The position numbers and the translations under genes were made by a program. Shown here piece by piece: positions 1-11,449 of a stretch of DNA of 64,000 nucleotides. A model generated the notes under the pieces. It did not search any database and was not told the origin of the DNA. It saw only the letters and a list, made by a program, of their open reading frames with translations. The stretch covers positions 2,201-66,200 of the forward strand of contig DYGC01000002.1 of NCBI GenBank assembly GCA_020724925.1, given 5' to 3'. Origin of the DNA: Candidatus Paceibacter sp. GTDB taxonomy: Bacteria; Patescibacteriota; Patescibacteriia; DYGC01. Positions within the stretch are counted from its first letter, which is position 1; every line of letters starts with the position of its first letter.

Positions 1-1
1 T

Positions 2-2887
2 CGTTATTACGGGGCGAAAGTTATTCCGAATCGCGGGGCGTGGTTGGAAATTGAAACCGATTTGAATAATGTTATTTGGGTAAAAATTGATCGAAAGAGA
101 AAAGTTGCAGTTACTTCTTTGTTACGGGCTTTTGGAATTGCCACTGACAAAGAATTGAAAGATACTTTTGCTGATGTTAATAAGCATCCAGATATTGATT
201 ATATTCAAAATACTATTGATAAAGATGCCGCCACTAACATGGACGAAGGTTTGATGGAAATCTACAAACGTATTCGTCCGGGCGATTTTGCTACACCGGA
301 TAATGCTAAGTCTTTGATTTACGCGATGTTTTTCCGTTTTGATCGTTATGACTTGGGACGAGTCGGTCGCTATAAATTAAATGAAAGATTTGGTGATGAA
401 TTGGAAATTACTAAAGAAAATCGTGTTTTGCGTTTGGAAGACGTGGTGGGTGTGGTGAAAGAAATTATTCGTTTGAATATCACTCAAGAAGATAAGGATG
501 ATATTGATCATTTGGGAAATCGTCGTATGCGTGCTATTGGGGAATTGATTCAAAATAAATTCCGTATTGGTTTGTCTCGTATGGAGCGTATTGCTAAAGA
601 TCGTATGTCTACCATTGATCCGGAATCTTTAACTCCAGGGAAGTTAATCAATGCTCGTCCGGTGATTGCGACGGTCAAAGAATTTTTTATGTCTTCGCCG
701 TTGTCACAATTTATGGAACAGACTAATCCTTTGTCCGAATTGGAACACAAGCGTCGTATTTCCGCCATGGGGCCTGGTGGTTTGTCCCGAGAACGTGCCG
801 GCTTTGACGTGCGTGATGTGCATCCGACGCACTACGGCCGTATTTGTCCGATTGCCACGCCAGAAGGTCCGAGCATTGGTTTGGTCGGTCACTTAGCTTC
901 TTATGCGGCGATTAATGAGTATGGTTTCTTGGAAACACCTTATTATGTGGTGGAAAGAACTTTTAATGAAACCGTGAAAGAAGGAAATGAAGTTTTAGTT
1001 AAGAAAGGGGAGACTTTAACACCGGATCAAATTTGGCGTATTCAACGTCGCACCGGTGTTGATCTACGTAAATATAAATTTGATTCTAAGGTCACTAATA
1101 AAATGGTTTATTTGAATGCCGTGGCCGAAGGTCGTTATAATACTACCCCAGCTACCACCAAGATTAATAAAGATGGGAGCTTTGTCGATGAGCGTGCTCC
1201 GATGCGCGTGGTCGGCGAGCCACGCGTGGATGTGGTTAGCAAGATTGACTTTCAAGACGTCGCTTCCAATCAAATTGTGTCTATTGCCACTTCCTTGATT
1301 CCATTCATGGAACATGATGACGGGCAGCGTGCTTTGATGGGAACAAACATGCAACGTCAGGCAGTGCCAACTTTGTTACCGCAATCACCGATTGTGGGGA
1401 CTGGTATTGAAAAGAAAGTCGCTTTGGATTCCGGTTATATTATTGTTGCTGAAGAAGATGGCGTGATTAAAGAGGTGGATGCCAAACATGTTGTTTTAAA
1501 AGGTGCCAGTGGTAAATCTTACACTTATGAATTGACCAAATATCGTGGAACAAATGCCGCTACCTGTGTTACTCAAAAACCAGTGGTGGATTTGGGCGAT
1601 GAAGTTAAAAAGGGCGATGTTTTGGTTGATGGTCCAGCGATTGAAAATGGTGAATTAGCTTTAGGTCAAAATGTTTTGGTGGCCTTCTTGTCTTGGGAAG
1701 GTTGTAACTATGAAGACGCCATCGTTATTTCTGATCGTTTGATTAAAGATGATGTTTATTCATCTATTTATATTGATACTTATACGATTGAAGTGCGCGA
1801 TACTAAATTGGGACCGGAATTAATCACTTCTGATATTCCAAATATTAGCGAAGAACGTTTGAAAAATTTGGATGAAGAAGGCATTGTGCGAATTGGTGCT
1901 GAAGTCAGCTCCGGCGATATTTTAGTTGGTAAAATCACACCTAAAGGAGAAACTGAATTATCAGCGGAAGAAAAATTGTTACAGGCGATTTTCGGCGATA
2001 AGGCCAAAGATGTCCGTGATAGCTCCTTGTATTTGGAACACGGTGAACATGGTAAAGTGATTGATGTTCGTATTTTCACCCAAGAAAATGGTGATAAATT
2101 GTTGCCGGGCGTTTTGCGTATGGTGCAAGTGACGGTTGCTAATTTGAGAAAGATTGAAGTCGGTGATAAGTTGGCTGGTCGTCATGGTAACAAGGGTGTT
2201 ATCGCGAAAGTGGTGGCACAAGAAGACATGCCGTTCTTGGAAGATGGCACTCCGGTGGACATTGTTTTGTCGCCGTTGGGTGTGGCCTCTCGTATGAACT
2301 TGGGCCAGATTTTGGAAACGCATTTGGGTTTGGCCGCCAAGACTTTGGGGTACAAAGTAGCCACTCCAGTTTTGGATGGTGTCAGTGAGGAAACTATTAA
2401 AGCGGAGTTAAAGAAAGCTGGTTACCCGGAAGATGGAAAAGTGCTTGTGTATGATGGTAAAACCGGAAAAGCGTTTGATCATAAAGTGACTATCGGTTGG
2501 AAATATATGTTAAAACTGAATCACATGGTGGAAGACAAAATTCATCAACGTTCCATCGGTCCTTATTCCTTGATTACTCAACAGCCTTTGGGCGGTCGTG
2601 CTCAATCCGGTGGACAGAGATTCGGAGAAATGGAAGTTTGGGCTTTAGAAGCTTATGGTGCCGCCCATACTTTACAAGAAATTTTGACGATCAAATCCGA
2701 TGATGTGACCGGACGTTCTAAGGCTTATGAAGCCATTATTAAGAATGAAAGAATTCAACGAACCAACTTGCCGGAAGCGTTTAATGTTTTGATGCGAGAA
2801 ATGCGTGGTTTGTGTATGGATGTACAGATGATTAGTGAAGAAGATATCAATAATGAAATTGATAATAACTTTGCTCAAAACAATTAA
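2..2887 (+). CDS. rpoB: DNA-directed RNA polymerase subunit beta (N-terminus cut by window edge)
   Basis: Frame is open from base 2 (RYYGAKVIPNRGAWLEIETD precedes the first Met at 44). Hallmark beta-subunit blocks FMEHDDGQRALMGTNMQRQAVP, GRHGNKGVIAKV and QQPLGGRAQSGGQRFGEMEVWALEAYGA. rpoC follows 35 nt downstream. Confidence 0.97.
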   Translation, partial: RYYGAKVIPNRGAWLEIETDLNNVIWVKIDRKRKVAVTSLLRAFGIATDKELKDTFADVNKHPDIDYIQNTIDKDAATNMDEGLMEIYKRIRPGDFATPDNAKSLIYAMFFRFDRYDLGRVGRYKLNERFGDELEITKENRVLRLEDVVGVVKEIIRLNITQEDKDDIDHLGNRRMRAIGELIQNKFRIGLSRMERIAKDRMSTIDPESLTPGKLINARPVIATVKEFFMSSPLSQFMEQTNPLSELEHKRRISAMGPGGLSRERAGFDVRDVHPTHYGRICPIATPEGPSIGLVGHLASYAAINEYGFLETPYYVVERTFNETVKEGNEVLVKKGETLTPDQIWRIQRRTGVDLRKYKFDSKVTNKMVYLNAVAEGRYNTTPATTKINKDGSFVDERAPMRVVGEPRVDVVSKIDFQDVASNQIVSIATSLIPFMEHDDGQRALMGTNMQRQAVPTLLPQSPIVGTGIEKKVALDSGYIIVAEEDGVIKEVDAKHVVLKGASGKSYTYELTKYRGTNAATCVTQKPVVDLGDEVKKGDVLVDGPAIENGELALGQNVLVAFLSWEGCNYEDAIVISDRLIKDDVYSSIYIDTYTIEVRDTKLGPELITSDIPNISEERLKNLDEEGIVRIGAEVSSGDILVGKITPKGETELSAEEKLLQAIFGDKAKDVRDSSLYLEHGEHGKVIDVRIFTQENGDKLLPGVLRMVQVTVANLRKIEVGDKLAGRHGNKGVIAKVVAQEDMPFLEDGTPVDIVLSPLGVASRMNLGQILETHLGLAAKTLGYKVATPVLDGVSEETIKAELKKAGYPEDGKVLVYDGKTGKAFDHKVTIGWKYMLKLNHMVEDKIHQRSIGPYSLITQQPLGGRAQSGGQRFGEMEVWALEAYGAAHTLQEILTIKSDDVTGRSKAYEAIIKNERIQRTNLPEAFNVLMREMRGLCMDVQMISEEDINNEIDNNFAQNN

Positions 2888-2921
2888 ATAAAGATTTTTT
2901 AATAATTTTAAATACATAATT

Positions 2922-5900
2922 ATGGCTTCTCCTCTACAAACATTGGAATTTGAGGCGTTGAAACTCAAATTGGCCTCGCCGGAAGTGATCCGTGAATGGT
3001 CACATGGTGAAGTAACCAAACCGGAAACCATTAACTACCGCACTCAACGTCCGGAAAAAGACGGCTTGTTCTGCGAGCGCATTTTTGGACCGACTAAGGA
3101 TTGGGAATGTTATTGCGGTAAGTATAAGAAAGTAAAATATAAAGGAATTGTTTGTGATAAGTGTGGCGTCGAAGTGACTCGTTCGATTGTTCGCCGTGAA
3201 CGTATGGGGCACATTGAATTGGCTGTGCCAGTAGCCCATATTTGGTTTTTGCGTAGCGTTCCGTCCAAGATTGGTATGGTTTTGGATTTAGCCCCGCAAT
3301 CTTTGGAAAGAGTGATTTATTACGGTGGTTTTATTGTTAGTGAAGTGGATGATATGGCGAAAGCGGAATTGCTGGAACAATTGAAGAAGGAGTATCGGGC
3401 CAGCAAAAAACAAATCGAACAAGATTATCAACAACAAGTACAAAATTTGCATACTCAAGGTTTGAGTAAGACTGATTTGGAAAATGCTTTGGGGCAAGCG
3501 GAAAGTCAATATTTCTTGGAAATTAGAGAATTGGATGAAGATTATAAAGCGACTGAAAAAGAAATTGCCGACATTGTGCCAATGCAAGTTTTAAATGAAA
3601 TTGATTATCAGGCTTTATCTTTGAAGTTTGGGCATATTTTTAAGGCCGGTATTGGTGCGGAAGTGATTCATCGTTTGTTATCCAATATTAATTTGGAAGA
3701 AAAAATCGCTGAATTGAATGAAGAATTGGAAAGTGCCGGTGGTGCCAAACAAAAGAAATTGATTAAGCGCGTTAAATTATTAAAGGCTTTGCATCGTAAT
3801 AATATTCGTCCAGAATCAATGATTTTGACAGTTTTGCCGGTGATTCCTCCGGATATTCGTCCGATGGTGCCGTTGGATGGTGGACGTTTTGCCACTGCCG
3901 ACTTGAATGATTTGTATCGTCGTGTGATTAACCGTAACAACCGTTTACGAAAATTGTTAAATTTGAGTGCACCGGAAGTGATTGTTCGCAATGAAAAAAG
4001 AATGTTGCAAGAAGCAGTTGATGCTTTGTTGGATAATAGTGCTCGTCGTACTAAGACAACCGTTGCTTCTACCGGACAAAAACGTGCTTTGAAATCTTTA
4101 GCTGATATTTTGAAAGGTAAACAAGGTCGTTTCCGTCAAAACTTGTTAGGTAAACGCGTTGATTATTCCGGTCTTTCCGTAATCGTGGTTGGTCCACATT
4201 TGCGTTTGTATCAGTGTGGCGTGCCCAAGGGGATGGCTTTGGAATTATTCCGTCCGTTTATTATCAGTAAATTGATTCAACGGGAAATGGTTTATAATAT
4301 TCGTAGTGCTAATCGTTTTATTGAATCCAATCGTAGCGAAGTTTGGGATATTTTGGATGAAATCATCGCTGATGCTTATGTTTTGTTAAACCGCGCTCCG
4401 ACCCTGCATCGTTTGGGTATTCAAGCGTTCCAACCGGTTTTGGTGGAAGGTAAAGCGGTGCAGTTGCATCCATTGGTTTGTTCCGCCTTTAACGCCGACT
4501 TCGACGGTGACCAAATGGCCGTTCATGTGCCGTTAACCGAAGAAGCTCGTATTGAAGCACGGGAATTGATGTTAGCCACCAAGAATTTGTTAAAACCCGC
4601 GACCGGGGCTCCGATTTCCAGTCCGTCAATGGATATTTCTTGGGGCGTATTTTATATGACCGGTTTGGAAGCTTTGCCAGAGGGGGCGAACAAGAAAACT
4701 TATTCTTCTGTGAATGAGGCAAAAATGGCTTATAATTTAGGCCATTTGTCCTTGCGTGAGCCGATTATGGTCAAGATGAAAGCCAAAGCTAACGAAGAAG
4801 AAATGGTTTTGGAAACCAGCATGGGTAGAGTTTTCTTTAACGAAATCATGCCGGAAGAATTGCCATATTATAACGAATTGGTGGATAAGAAAAAAATCAG
4901 TGCGATTGTTTCTGAATTATTAGATCGTGCTAGTTTTGACGAAGTCGCCAAATTATTAGATCGTATCAAATACACCGGTTTTAAATATGCTACTAAGTCT
5001 GGTTATAGTTGGGGCATGGATGATATTCCGGTAATGAAGGAAAAATATAGTTTGATTGATGAAGCCATTAAAGAAGCTGATTTAGTGGAAAGCCAATATG
5101 ATATGGGTTTGTTAACCAAGGATGAAAAACATTCACAAATCGTTTCTATTTGGGCTGGTGTGAAAGATCGTGTTTCCAAGATGTCTCAAGAAATTTTGGA
5201 TAAGGATGGTTCTGTTTACAGCATGATTATTTCCGGTTCTCGTGGGTCTTGGGGGCAGTTAGCCCAGATGGCCGGTATGAAAGGTTTGGTGAGTAATCCA
5301 TCCGGCGACATTATTGAGTTGCCGATTATTTCCAACTTTAAGGAGGGTTTAACCGTGTTGGAATATTTCATTTCTACTCATGGTACTCGTAAAGGTTTGT
5401 CCGATACGGCGTTACGTACCGCCAGTGCTGGTTATTTGACTCGTCGTTTGGTTGATGTTTCTCAAGATATTATTATTTTGGATGATGATTGTCATGATGA
5501 TGAAGGTTTTGTGATTACTAAAGAAGATAGCGAAACTATTGGGACAACCGTGGTGGCACGTTTGCAAGGTCGTTGGATTTTGGATGATATTAAGGATCCG
5601 CAGACCGGAAAGCTTTTGGTTAAAGGGGATACTTTCATGACTAAGGAATTGGTCCAATCTCTAAAAGATGTTGATTTGGAATCAGCACGCATTCGCTCGG
5701 TGATGACTTGTAAGTTACGTCGAGGGGTTTGTTCCAAGTGTTATGGTTCTGATTTGACCAAACATCAACCGGTTGAATTGGGTACAGCGGTTGGTATTAT
5801 GGCCGCACAATCCATCGGTGAACCAGGAACGCAGTTGACTATGAGAACTTTCCACTCCGGTGGTGTGGCCGGCTCCGACATTACTCAGGGTTTGCCTCGT

Positions 5901-6929
5901 GTAGAAGAACTTTTTGAAGTCCGATCACCAAAACATAAGGCGTTCTTGGCCGAAGCCGAGGGCGTGGCGCGGGTTATCAGTAGTGATGAAATGGTAAAAA
6001 CCACCAAGAGCAACGCTAAATTATTGGGTAGTAATTATAAACAAAAAGTGGTGCAAATTGCTTATAATGCCGAAGATCGAGATACTTATATGTTACCATC
6101 TGGTGGTGAAATCTTGGTTAATAAAGGGGAAGTTGTAAAAAAGGGGACACCTTTATATAAGGATTCTGCTGGTAAAACCGTTAAATCTCGTAGCGCCGGC
6201 GAAGTGATTACTTTGTCTAAAGCTAAAATGGAGATTTTGACCAAGGTTGATTCTGTTTTGGAATACATTATTCCGCCAAATTATGTATTGTGGATTAAGG
6301 ATGGTCAAAAGGTGGAAAAAGGACAACAATTGACTGATGGTGTTTTGGATTTGCAGCAGTTATATTTATTGAGTGGTCGCGAAGCCGTGCAAAATTATTT
6401 GATCAGTGAAGTGCAAAATATTTACGCTTCTCAGGGTCAAAAATTAAATGATAAACACTTGGAAATCGTGATTCGTCAGTTATTCTCTAGAGTTTTGGTG
6501 ATTGATGCCGGTGATACTGATTTATTGCCGGGAGAAATTGCTGAAAAAGCAGAAGTGGTTTATCAAAATGGTTTGGTTAGCAAGGATGGTGGTCGTGAAG
6601 CCACTTATCAGGAATTGCTCTTGGGTATTTCCAAGGTGTCCTTGTCATCCAGCAGTTTCTTGGCGGCCGCGTCTTTCCAAGAAACTTCTAAAGTGTTAAT
6701 CAATGCTGCTTTGACCGGTAAGGTTGATCGTTTGGAAGGTTTGAAAGAGAATATCATTATTGGTCGTTTGATTCCGGCTGGTACTGGTTTCCAAAGAAAA
6801 GGTGAAGGTTTTGTTGATTTGGTGGAGAAATATGGCCCGGCACCGTTGGGTAAAGATGATGAGCAATGGCGTTTGGAACACGCTGCACAAGCGGAAGAAG
6901 CCGGCTTGGACGCCAAAGCCACGGATTAA
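2922..6929 (+). CDS. rpoC: DNA-directed RNA polymerase subunit beta prime
   Basis: N-terminal zinc motif [36 protein letters not shown], catalytic [15 protein letters not shown]-terminal [12 protein letters not shown]. 1335 aa, immediately after rpoB. Confidence 0.97.
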   Translation: MASPLQTLEFEALKLKLASPEVIREWSHGEVTKPETINYRTQRPEKDGLFCERIFGPTKDWECYCGKYKKVKYKGIVCDKCGVEVTRSIVRRERMGHIELAVPVAHIWFLRSVPSKIGMVLDLAPQSLERVIYYGGFIVSEVDDMAKAELLEQLKKEYRASKKQIEQDYQQQVQNLHTQGLSKTDLENALGQAESQYFLEIRELDEDYKATEKEIADIVPMQVLNEIDYQALSLKFGHIFKAGIGAEVIHRLLSNINLEEKIAELNEELESAGGAKQKKLIKRVKLLKALHRNNIRPESMILTVLPVIPPDIRPMVPLDGGRFATADLNDLYRRVINRNNRLRKLLNLSAPEVIVRNEKRMLQEAVDALLDNSARRTKTTVASTGQKRALKSLADILKGKQGRFRQNLLGKRVDYSGLSVIVVGPHLRLYQCGVPKGMALELFRPFIISKLIQREMVYNIRSANRFIESNRSEVWDILDEIIADAYVLLNRAPTLHRLGIQAFQPVLVEGKAVQLHPLVCSAFNADFDGDQMAVHVPLTEEARIEARELMLATKNLLKPATGAPISSPSMDISWGVFYMTGLEALPEGANKKTYSSVNEAKMAYNLGHLSLREPIMVKMKAKANEEEMVLETSMGRVFFNEIMPEELPYYNELVDKKKISAIVSELLDRASFDEVAKLLDRIKYTGFKYATKSGYSWGMDDIPVMKEKYSLIDEAIKEADLVESQYDMGLLTKDEKHSQIVSIWAGVKDRVSKMSQEILDKDGSVYSMIISGSRGSWGQLAQMAGMKGLVSNPSGDIIELPIISNFKEGLTVLEYFISTHGTRKGLSDTALRTASAGYLTRRLVDVSQDIIILDDDCHDDEGFVITKEDSETIGTTVVARLQGRWILDDIKDPQTGKLLVKGDTFMTKELVQSLKDVDLESARIRSVMTCKLRRGVCSKCYGSDLTKHQPVELGTAVGIMAAQSIGEPGTQLTMRTFHSGGVAGSDITQGLPRVEELFEVRSPKHKAFLAEAEGVARVISSDEMVKTTKSNAKLLGSNYKQKVVQIAYNAEDRDTYMLPSGGEILVNKGEVVKKGTPLYKDSAGKTVKSRSAGEVITLSKAKMEILTKVDSVLEYIIPPNYVLWIKDGQKVEKGQQLTDGVLDLQQLYLLSGREAVQNYLISEVQNIYASQGQKLNDKHLEIVIRQLFSRVLVIDAGDTDLLPGEIAEKAEVVYQNGLVSKDGGREATYQELLLGISKVSLSSSSFLAAASFQETSKVLINAALTGKVDRLEGLKENIIIGRLIPAGTGFQRKGEGFVDLVEKYGPAPLGKDDEQWRLEHAAQAEEAGLDAKATD

Positions 6930-6952
6930 TAAAGGCAACTGATTAAAATACC

Positions 6953-7001
6953 AAAAAATCCCCCGTAGGGGTGTATTGCATACGCCCGAGGGGGATTTTT
7001 T
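6953..7001 (+). terminator. Rho-independent terminator after rpoC, symmetric A/T flanks
   Basis: AAAAAATCCCCC ... GGGGGATTTTTT outer stem encloses an inner GTAGGGGTGTATTGCATACGCCC hairpin related to the GTAGGGGCG repeat family. Lies 24 nt after the rpoC stop. Confidence 0.7.
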
Positions 7002-7060
7002 GATAGACGGGTAAGATTAATTTTGTTATAATTTAATTGTTATTAAATAATGATAAATTT

Positions 7061-7417
7061 ATGGAATTACCTTTAGAAAAGGGCAGTGTCCCCCCACACG
7101 ATGGAACACAAATTTCTTCTGACGAAAGAGAAAAGCTTTTAAGACAAGTAGATGCACATTTGGAAATCAGTAAGATCAGAACTTTGGAGATGTCTGTTGG
7201 AGTAATAAAAAAGGTTCATCAATTATTGTCTGAAGTTACCAGTGCTAGTGAATTATCAGAAGTGGAAAAATCCGAATTGTTGAAAAAGTGCAATGACTAT
7301 CTTATCGCAAATAATAAAACTTTAGAAAATGCAGTTTTTATGTTAAAAGAAATATTGTTCAGTCATCTTGAATCAGTGGAAAGCACTATACACTCACTTA
7401 AAGAAAAAAAATGGTAA
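7061..7417 (+). CDS. hypothetical protein, helical/coiled-coil-like
   Basis: ORF 7037..7417 in the track starts on TTG; the first ATG in frame is at 7061 (MELPLEKG...). No recognisable motif. Confidence 0.45.
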   Translation: MELPLEKGSVPPHDGTQISSDEREKLLRQVDAHLEISKIRTLEMSVGVIKKVHQLLSEVTSASELSEVEKSELLKKCNDYLIANNKTLENAVFMLKEILFSHLESVESTIHSLKEKKW

Positions 7418-7460
7418 TTTTGAGTAATTTTTGTAATAAGATAAGAAGATTTAATTATAA

Positions 7461-8849
7461 ATGAAAAATATGATTAACAAGAATCGTGTAAAAATCTCCG
7501 ATATTTTAAGCAGTGATTGGCTAGATAAGGAAGCGTTTGTTTATGGTTGGATTAGAACTTCTCGTTTTAGTAAAAATGTTTGTTTTATTGAGTTAAATGA
7601 TGGTTCTAGTTTTAAATCCTTGCAGTTGGTAATTGACATGCAATCAATATCAATTGATGAATCAAAAATGCAAACCGGGACTTGTATCAGTGCTAAAGGT
7701 TTGATTGTGAAATCACCGGGGGCGGATCAATCTTGCGAAATGCAAGTTTCAGAAGTGAAAATTGTTGGCCTGGCTGATGAAACTTATCCAATTCAAAAGA
7801 AACGACATAGCTTGGAGTTTTTACGTGAGATTCCTCATTTACGCTGTAAAACAAATACTTTTTTTGCCACGTTTAAGGTGAGAAGTAAATTGGCAAAAGC
7901 TGTTCATGATTATTTCCAGGACAGAAATTTTTTGTATATTCATTCGCCGATTATCACTTTAAATGATTGTGAGGGAGGCAGTGAGGCATTTCAAATTACC
8001 ACTTTAAATTTAAAAGAAGTTAAGGAAAAAGGCCTAGATTATTCAGCGGATTTTTTCAAGCGTCCGGCTTATTTGACAGTTAGTGGACAGTTGGAAGCCG
8101 AGCCATTTGCTCTTACTCATGGGGCGGTTTACACTTTTGGACCAACCTTTAGAGCTGATCCATCAGATACACCACGACACGCGGCTGAATTTTGGATGAT
8201 TGAGCCGGAAATGGCATTTTATGATTTGGATGATTTGTTGGAATTAATTGAGGATTTTATCAAAAACATTACCAGAAAAATCAAAGATAATTGCCAGTCA
8301 GAGTTGGAATTCTTTAAAAATTTTATTGAACCGGAATTAGATAATCGTTATGCGGTGTTGTTGGATCATAAATTTGAAAGAATTGATTTTGCTGAGGCAA
8401 TTGAGATCTTGAAACAGGCCGATCGTAAGTTTGAAGTGGAGCCTAAGTGGGGAGAAGATTTAACCATGGAACATGAACGATATTTAGTTGATGAGCATTT
8501 TAAGAAACCGGTGTTTATCACTAATTATCCGGAAAATTTCAAGTCTTTTTACATGAGAATCAATGAAGATGGTAAATCAGTGGCTTGTGTTGATTTGTTG
8601 GTGCCGGGGATTGGTGAAATCATTTCCGGGAGTCAAAGAGAAGAGCGTTATGATTTTTTGGAAAAGAGAATGTTAGCTAAAGGAATGGAAAAATCTTTGT
8701 ATGAATGGTATTTGCAGACACGTTTGTGGGGCTCGGCACCGCACGCCGGCTTTGGTTTAGGGTTTGAAAGAATGATTATGTATCTTACCGGCATGAAGAA
8801 CGTTAAGGACGTGATTCCTTATCCCCGAGCTGCTCGCAAGATTTATTAG
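7461..8849 (+). CDS. asnS: asparagine--tRNA ligase (class II)
   Basis: N-terminal OB-fold region (GWIRTSRFSKNVCFIELNDGSSFKSLQLVI). Class II motifs FRADPSDTPRHAAEFWMIEPEMAF, GSQREERYDFL, GFGLGFERMIMYLTG. Length 462 aa, typical of AsnRS. Confidence 0.9.
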   Translation: MKNMINKNRVKISDILSSDWLDKEAFVYGWIRTSRFSKNVCFIELNDGSSFKSLQLVIDMQSISIDESKMQTGTCISAKGLIVKSPGADQSCEMQVSEVKIVGLADETYPIQKKRHSLEFLREIPHLRCKTNTFFATFKVRSKLAKAVHDYFQDRNFLYIHSPIITLNDCEGGSEAFQITTLNLKEVKEKGLDYSADFFKRPAYLTVSGQLEAEPFALTHGAVYTFGPTFRADPSDTPRHAAEFWMIEPEMAFYDLDDLLELIEDFIKNITRKIKDNCQSELEFFKNFIEPELDNRYAVLLDHKFERIDFAEAIEILKQADRKFEVEPKWGEDLTMEHERYLVDEHFKKPVFITNYPENFKSFYMRINEDGKSVACVDLLVPGIGEIISGSQREERYDFLEKRMLAKGMEKSLYEWYLQTRLWGSAPHAGFGLGFERMIMYLTGMKNVKDVIPYPRAARKIY

Positions 8850-8879
8850 GGTTTAGTTTTATTCGTGATTCTTAAACAT

Positions 8880-9449
8880 ATGTCGTTGAAATTTAAAAAT
8901 CAACTTAAAGGTAAACGTTTGTTGTTAAAAAGAGCAAAACCGACTCTAGGATTGGCGGAGATTATGTTTTTAACGATTGATAAGAATCGACAGCACTTGG
9001 AACCTTGGTTTCCTTGGCCGAAATTAACGCAAAAAGTGGAAGATAGCCTGAAATATTTGTTTGATGATGAAGAGAAAACTAAAAAGGGGACAATTGTTAC
9101 GTATAGTTTGTTTATTAATAAGGAATATATTGGTAATATTTCTCTTTTTAATATTGATGGCAAAAAGAAATCAGCGGAAATTGGTTATTGGTTGGCCGCA
9201 TCACACACCAGAAACGGTTATACCACGGAGGCGGTTGGTATTTTGGAAAAAGAAGCCTTTGAAAATCTTGGGTTAAATCGAATTCAAATTAAATGTGATG
9301 AAAGAAATCTCGCGTCAGCGGGGGTGGCGGAAAAATGTTCTTATAAAAAAGAAGGTTTGTTGCGAGAGGATTCTTTTAGCGAACATTTCAATGGTTTTCG
9401 TAATACTTTGTGTTTTTCCAAATTAAAATCAGAATATAAGAAACAGTAG
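8880..9449 (+). CDS. GNAT family N-acetyltransferase (RimJ/RimL-like)
   Basis: ISLFNIDGKKKSAEIGYWLAASHTRNGYTTEAV ... NRIQIKCDERNLASAGVAEKCSYKKEG matches the RimJ/RimL-type GNAT pattern. Track start 8865 is GTG; the first ATG is at 8880. Confidence 0.75.
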   Translation: MSLKFKNQLKGKRLLLKRAKPTLGLAEIMFLTIDKNRQHLEPWFPWPKLTQKVEDSLKYLFDDEEKTKKGTIVTYSLFINKEYIGNISLFNIDGKKKSAEIGYWLAASHTRNGYTTEAVGILEKEAFENLGLNRIQIKCDERNLASAGVAEKCSYKKEGLLREDSFSEHFNGFRNTLCFSKLKSEYKKQ

Positions 9450-9485
9450 GTTTAGAATTTTCAATTGTCTCAAAGTAACAAAATT

Positions 9486-10217
9486 ATGATAAAGAAACTC
9501 GGAAAAAAAATCATCAAATGGATGGCCAATACCAGAATTCTTTTGTATCCGAGAAAAATGCTTAGGAAAATCATTAATTATGCTCTTGCCAGCAAGAACG
9601 GAGTGGTGGTTTTTTATAATGATTCAGAAAGGGCAAAGGTTTTTGATTTGATAAAAAAAATCAATAATGAAACGGAAATGTTATTGTTTGACAATGAAGC
9701 TTATCAGTTGTTTATGGCTGTTAAAAAGACGGAAAAAATAAATGGCGATCTTGCCGAAGTTGGCAGTTATCGAGGGGGCTCTGCAAAATTAATTTGTGAA
9801 GCCAAAGGCGACAAAACTCTCCATTTGTTTGATACTTTTGAAGGTTTGCCGGAGTTATCTCAGTCGGACAATCCTAAACAATTTCAAAAGGGGCAATATT
9901 CTTCGACGTTTGAGTATGTCAAAGATTATTTAAAAAATTTTAAACATGTTTATTTGTATAAAGGACTTTTTCCCGCGACTGCCGAGCCTATAAAAAACAA
10001 AACATTTTCATTTGTTAATCTTGATGTTGATTTGTATGAAGCCACCAAAGCCAGTATTGAATTTTTTTATCCAAGAATGAGCAAAGGGGGAATAATCATT
10101 TCTCATGATTATATATCTGCTCCCGGAGTTAGGAAGGCCTTTGATGATTTTTTTAAAGATAAACCAGAGCCGGTGATAGAAATGTCCGGCACCCAATGTT
10201 TGGTTGTAAAGGTATGA
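9486..10217 (+). CDS. class I SAM-dependent methyltransferase, TylF/MycF-like
   Basis: LAEVGSYRGGSAKLI (SAM motif I), LHLFDTFEGLPE, FVNLDVDLYEATKASIEFFYPRMSKGGIIISHDY. Track start 9465 is TTG; the first ATG in frame is at 9486. Confidence 0.7.
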   Translation: MIKKLGKKIIKWMANTRILLYPRKMLRKIINYALASKNGVVVFYNDSERAKVFDLIKKINNETEMLLFDNEAYQLFMAVKKTEKINGDLAEVGSYRGGSAKLICEAKGDKTLHLFDTFEGLPELSQSDNPKQFQKGQYSSTFEYVKDYLKNFKHVYLYKGLFPATAEPIKNKTFSFVNLDVDLYEATKASIEFFYPRMSKGGIIISHDYISAPGVRKAFDDFFKDKPEPVIEMSGTQCLVVKV

Positions 10218-10267
10218 TTTTATTGGTAATTTTGAGATAATAATTCTATAATTTTTTTGATTCCCAT

Positions 10268-10783
10268 ATGATAAAAATAAGAAAACATTTGAAAAAAGAC
10301 ATTCCTTGCCGCGTTAAGTGGCTAAGTAATCCTAATGTTAATAAATTTATTGGTGATGAGTTAGGGCAAAAAACAAGCTTGCCAAAAGAAAAGGCATGGT
10401 TTGATAACTATAATAAAGATAAAAATAAAAAGTTTTTCACCATTTGCGACAATACCAAGCCAATCGGCTTTATGGGGCTGTCAAACATTAGCAAAATCAA
10501 TAAAAATGCGGATTTGTTTATTGCTATCGGGGAAGACGATTATCGTGGTAAAGGGATCGGAAAAATTGTCATAAAATGGATCATTGATTATGGGTTTAAT
10601 AAATTAAAACTCCATAAAATCAACTTGGGTGTCATTAAGGACAATGTTGCGGCAGTTAATTTGTATAAATCCTTGGGATTTGTTATTGAAGGTGAAATGA
10701 AAGAAGAAGTTTTTTATAAAAATAAGTTTTATGATTTTTTATCCATGGCGCTTTTTAACGGGAAAAAAAATAAAAAATTATGA
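10268..10783 (+). CDS. GNAT family N-acetyltransferase
   Basis: IAIGEDDYRGKGIGKIVIKWIIDYGFNKLKLHKINLGVIKDNVAAVNLYKSLGF: acetyl-CoA-binding R/Q-x-x-G-x-G/A motif region. Confidence 0.75.
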   Translation: MIKIRKHLKKDIPCRVKWLSNPNVNKFIGDELGQKTSLPKEKAWFDNYNKDKNKKFFTICDNTKPIGFMGLSNISKINKNADLFIAIGEDDYRGKGIGKIVIKWIIDYGFNKLKLHKINLGVIKDNVAAVNLYKSLGFVIEGEMKEEVFYKNKFYDFLSMALFNGKKNKKL

Positions 10784-10853
10784 TTGTTACAAATTTGAAT
10801 GGCGTGGTATTATATACTTGAAAATTTTTTAATCACACAAAGGAGGCAAACCC

Positions 10854-11357
10854 ATGGGACAAGTACTGTATCCACCAAGCATCATTGATGTGTCGGGCGG
10901 CGTGATCTTTTTAGCCGGTCCGATTCAGGGCGCCAGTCGTTGGCAAGATGAAGCGATCAGAATCATTCAAGAGCTTGATGAAACACTAAACATTGCCTGT
11001 CCGCGACGGCCGACCTTGATAATGGAAGAATTCGGCAAGGCTGAATATGAAGCCCAAGTTGATTGGGAAACTCATTATTTGAGAAAAGCGGGGGCGTCGG
11101 GAGTGGTGATGTTCTGGTTAGCCAAAGAATTTGAGCACATTCCCAATCGAGCCTACGCGCAAACCACGCGCTTTGAACTGGGCGAGTGGAAAGTGCGTCA
11201 CGAACGCGATCAAGCAAAATTGGTGATCGGCATTGAGCCTGGCTTCGGTAATGAGAGATATATCAGAAGACGTCTTGGCCAAGATTGTCCGGATGTGCTG
11301 ATTTGTTCTTCACTGCAAGACACTTGCAGTCAGGCCATTAAATTTTTTTATCAGTGA
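10854..11357 (+). CDS. hypothetical protein, possibly nucleoside 2-deoxyribosyltransferase-like fold (tentative)
   Basis: Strong RBS AAAGGAGG 7 nt before the ATG. N-terminal VIFLAGPIQGASRWQDEAI resembles the Rossmann-like N-terminus of Nuc_deoxyrib_tr-like families. Visibly more G+C-rich than both flanking genes (not computed). Confidence 0.5.
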   Translation: MGQVLYPPSIIDVSGGVIFLAGPIQGASRWQDEAIRIIQELDETLNIACPRRPTLIMEEFGKAEYEAQVDWETHYLRKAGASGVVMFWLAKEFEHIPNRAYAQTTRFELGEWKVRHERDQAKLVIGIEPGFGNERYIRRRLGQDCPDVLICSSLQDTCSQAIKFFYQ

Positions 11358-11449
11358 CATTGTTGGGGGCAGTGCTTGTTCCCGAATTTTTTTTAAAAAA
11401 GCGTTCAAATGATAGAGGGAAAATTTTATATAATTTTTTAAGTATTACT